From IMG/VR virus record IMGVR_UViG_2529292836_000012, positions 1-7,363 of that record: a stretch of 7,363 nt of DNA. One strand, 5' to 3'. The notes under the pieces are model-generated. The model saw nothing but the letters and a program-made list of their open reading frames with translations. It had not been told where the DNA came from and ran no database searches. This DNA is from a virus. Its lineage: Duplodnaviria; Heunggongvirae; Uroviricota; Caudoviricetes. Both the position numbers and the translations under genes were made by a program. Below are positions 5,919-7,363 of the stretch, piece by piece; the stretch's first letter is position 1, and every line of letters starts with the position of its first letter.

Positions 5919-6968
5919 TCAAACGATTAAATCCTGAACTTCCCTGACTGTCTGTTCAAAACGTCCGGTCTCCAGCTCAACACCAATCGCACAACGCCCC
6001 AGTGCCATCGCCGCTTTTACCGTTGAACCTGAACCCATAAAAAAATCTGCAACCAGGTCTCCCGGACGACTGCTCGCGTTGATTATCTGCTGCAGCATTT
6101 CTGCCGGTTTTTCGCACGGATGTTTCCCTGGATAGTACTGCACCGGTTTATGCGTCCAGACATCGGTGTACGGAACCTGCGCCGTCACACCGAAATACCG
6201 CCGCAAATTTTTATATTCACTCAGCAGTTCCGTATACTGCCGGTTCAGCTCACTGTATGTGCTGACCAGCTGGTGGTGTGGCTTTTCCAGTTCCCCGCGC
6301 TGATGTTTTTCTGCCGCAACACGCGCAAACAACGCCTGCAATTTATTGTAATCACCCTCGTTCGGTAACTGCCACTGACTGGCACCAAACCAGTGCGAAG
6401 CCATGTTTTTCTTTCCGGTGGCTTCCGCTATCTGTTTTGACGTTATTCCCAGTGATTTACGCGCATCACGAAAGTAAGAAATCAGCGGGGCCATGACGTG
6501 CTGTTTTAGCTCGCGCCCCTGTGCCACATAGCCATCATCTTTCGGGCGATACGGTCCCTGATAATGTTCTGCAAACAGAATGCGCTCTGTTGCCGGAAAA
6601 TACGCCCGCAGACTTTCCTTATTGCACCCGTTCCAGCGTCCGGACGGCTTCGCCCAGATAATGTGGTTCAGCACATTAAAGCGCTCACGCATCATGATTT
6701 CGGTGTCAGATGCCAGGCGATGACCACAGAACAGGTAAAGACTTCCGGCAGGCTTCAGTACCCGCCAGAACTGCGCCAGACACTGGTCCAGCCATTTCAG
6801 GTAATCATCGTCGCCCTCCCACTGGTTATCCCAGCCCTCGGGCTTCACTTTAAAGTATGGCGGGTCTGTGACTATCAGATCGACAGAGTTTTCCGGTAAG
6901 GTCTGGATAAACTCCAGGCAATCAGCGTTGATTAACTCACAACTGGATATTTTTACAGTATTAATCAT
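5919..6968 (-). CDS. DNA methyltransferase (N6-adenine/N4-cytosine family, DPPY motif); orphan, no restriction enzyme gene in window
   Basis: 349 aa with motif IV (LIVTDPPYF) near the N-terminus and the AdoMet-binding motif I (FFMGSGST) near the C-terminus, a beta-class permuted order. A roughly 150-aa variable central region includes an HTH-like segment (LGITSKQIAEATGKK). Confidence 0.92.
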   Translation of the reverse strand: MINTVKISSCELINADCLEFIQTLPENSVDLIVTDPPYFKVKPEGWDNQWEGDDDYLKWLDQCLAQFWRVLKPAGSLYLFCGHRLASDTEIMMRERFNVLNHIIWAKPSGRWNGCNKESLRAYFPATERILFAEHYQGPYRPKDDGYVAQGRELKQHVMAPLISYFRDARKSLGITSKQIAEATGKKNMASHWFGASQWQLPNEGDYNKLQALFARVAAEKHQRGELEKPHHQLVSTYSELNRQYTELLSEYKNLRRYFGVTAQVPYTDVWTHKPVQYYPGKHPCEKPAEMLQQIINASSRPGDLVADFFMGSGSTVKAAMALGRCAIGVELETGRFEQTVREVQDLIV

Positions 6969-7118
6969 AGATCAATAAGCACTTCTCTGATAGGCTCATA
7001 CCGCTTTTGCGCAAAGCAGATGGGCCTGAGGTTTGCTTGTGACCCCAACGCATGAGCAGATGGCTGGCAGGTGCCGCTAACACCCACCAGCCGCCCATTA
7101 CCACAAATTAAAAAGCCT

Positions 7119-7316
7119 TCACTGCGGAAGGCGTCTGTAACAACCGAACTGATAATCTGCCAGACCCGCCATAACAAGCTGAGTCAGTATTAACTGGCAG
7201 CGTTCGCGTGAAAGGTAAGTATTCTGCGCAATTTCCCCGACGGTCGCCGGTTCGGTGACGCTTAATTCATTAAACACCACTCTGGCGGTTTCGGTCATAT
7301 CCTGCTGTTTTAGCAT
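7119..7316 (-). CDS. small winged-helix-like DNA-binding protein (65 aa), hypothetical; may be the 3' end of a longer gene
   Basis: MLKQQDMTETARVVFNELSVTEPATVGEIAQNTYLSRERCQLILTQLVMAGLADYQF…, a PapI/FaeA-like wHTH pattern. The frame is open to the window edge (the track start at 7352 is a TTG). A purine-rich stretch precedes the ATG at 7316. Confidence 0.4.
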   Translation of the reverse strand: MLKQQDMTETARVVFNELSVTEPATVGEIAQNTYLSRERCQLILTQLVMAGLADYQFGCYRRLPQ

Positions 7317-7363
7317 GCCTTTTTCCCTTTTCCGGTTAACGTGACATACCAATACCTCTTGTC

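Noticed and set aside
6965-7177. 70-aa minus-strand ORF overlapping the methyltransferase start and the small HTH ORF end
   Set aside because: It overlaps both neighbours in another frame and has no SD or recognisable features; this region is more likely a regulatory leader.
1-7363. CRISPR arrays or large tandem repeats
   Set aside because: No regularly spaced direct repeats were seen; the only repeats are the short cos-region and CCGGTTTTTTATTT motifs noted above.

Overview
This 7.4 kb window reads as the late region of a lambda-like (cos-type) prophage, with every credible gene on the minus strand. From high to low coordinates: a small winged-helix-like ORF at the window edge, an orphan DNA methyltransferase, three tRNA genes (Ile-CAU, Arg-UCG, Arg-UCU), a lysis cassette (multi-TMD holin-like protein, a second small membrane protein, an M15 endolysin resembling phage T5 Lys), a bidirectional terminator, a small membrane-peptide/lipoprotein pair, an unknown acidic 130-aa ORF, a cos site closely resembling lambda cosN, then terminase small (Nu1-like) and large (gpA-like) subunits. 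Immediately past the terminase stop, where a head-tail joining or portal gene would be expected, an HTH transposase-like ORF (IS21-family IstA-like, assigned from memory) begins and runs off the window, suggesting an IS insertion. No CRISPR array, rRNA or toxin gene was seen. Nothing here is demonstrably a new system. The best candidates for a second look are the unknown acidic ORF beside cos and the non-canonical small gene pair that sits where spanin genes would normally be. All family assignments come from reading the translations by eye; no database search was possible.
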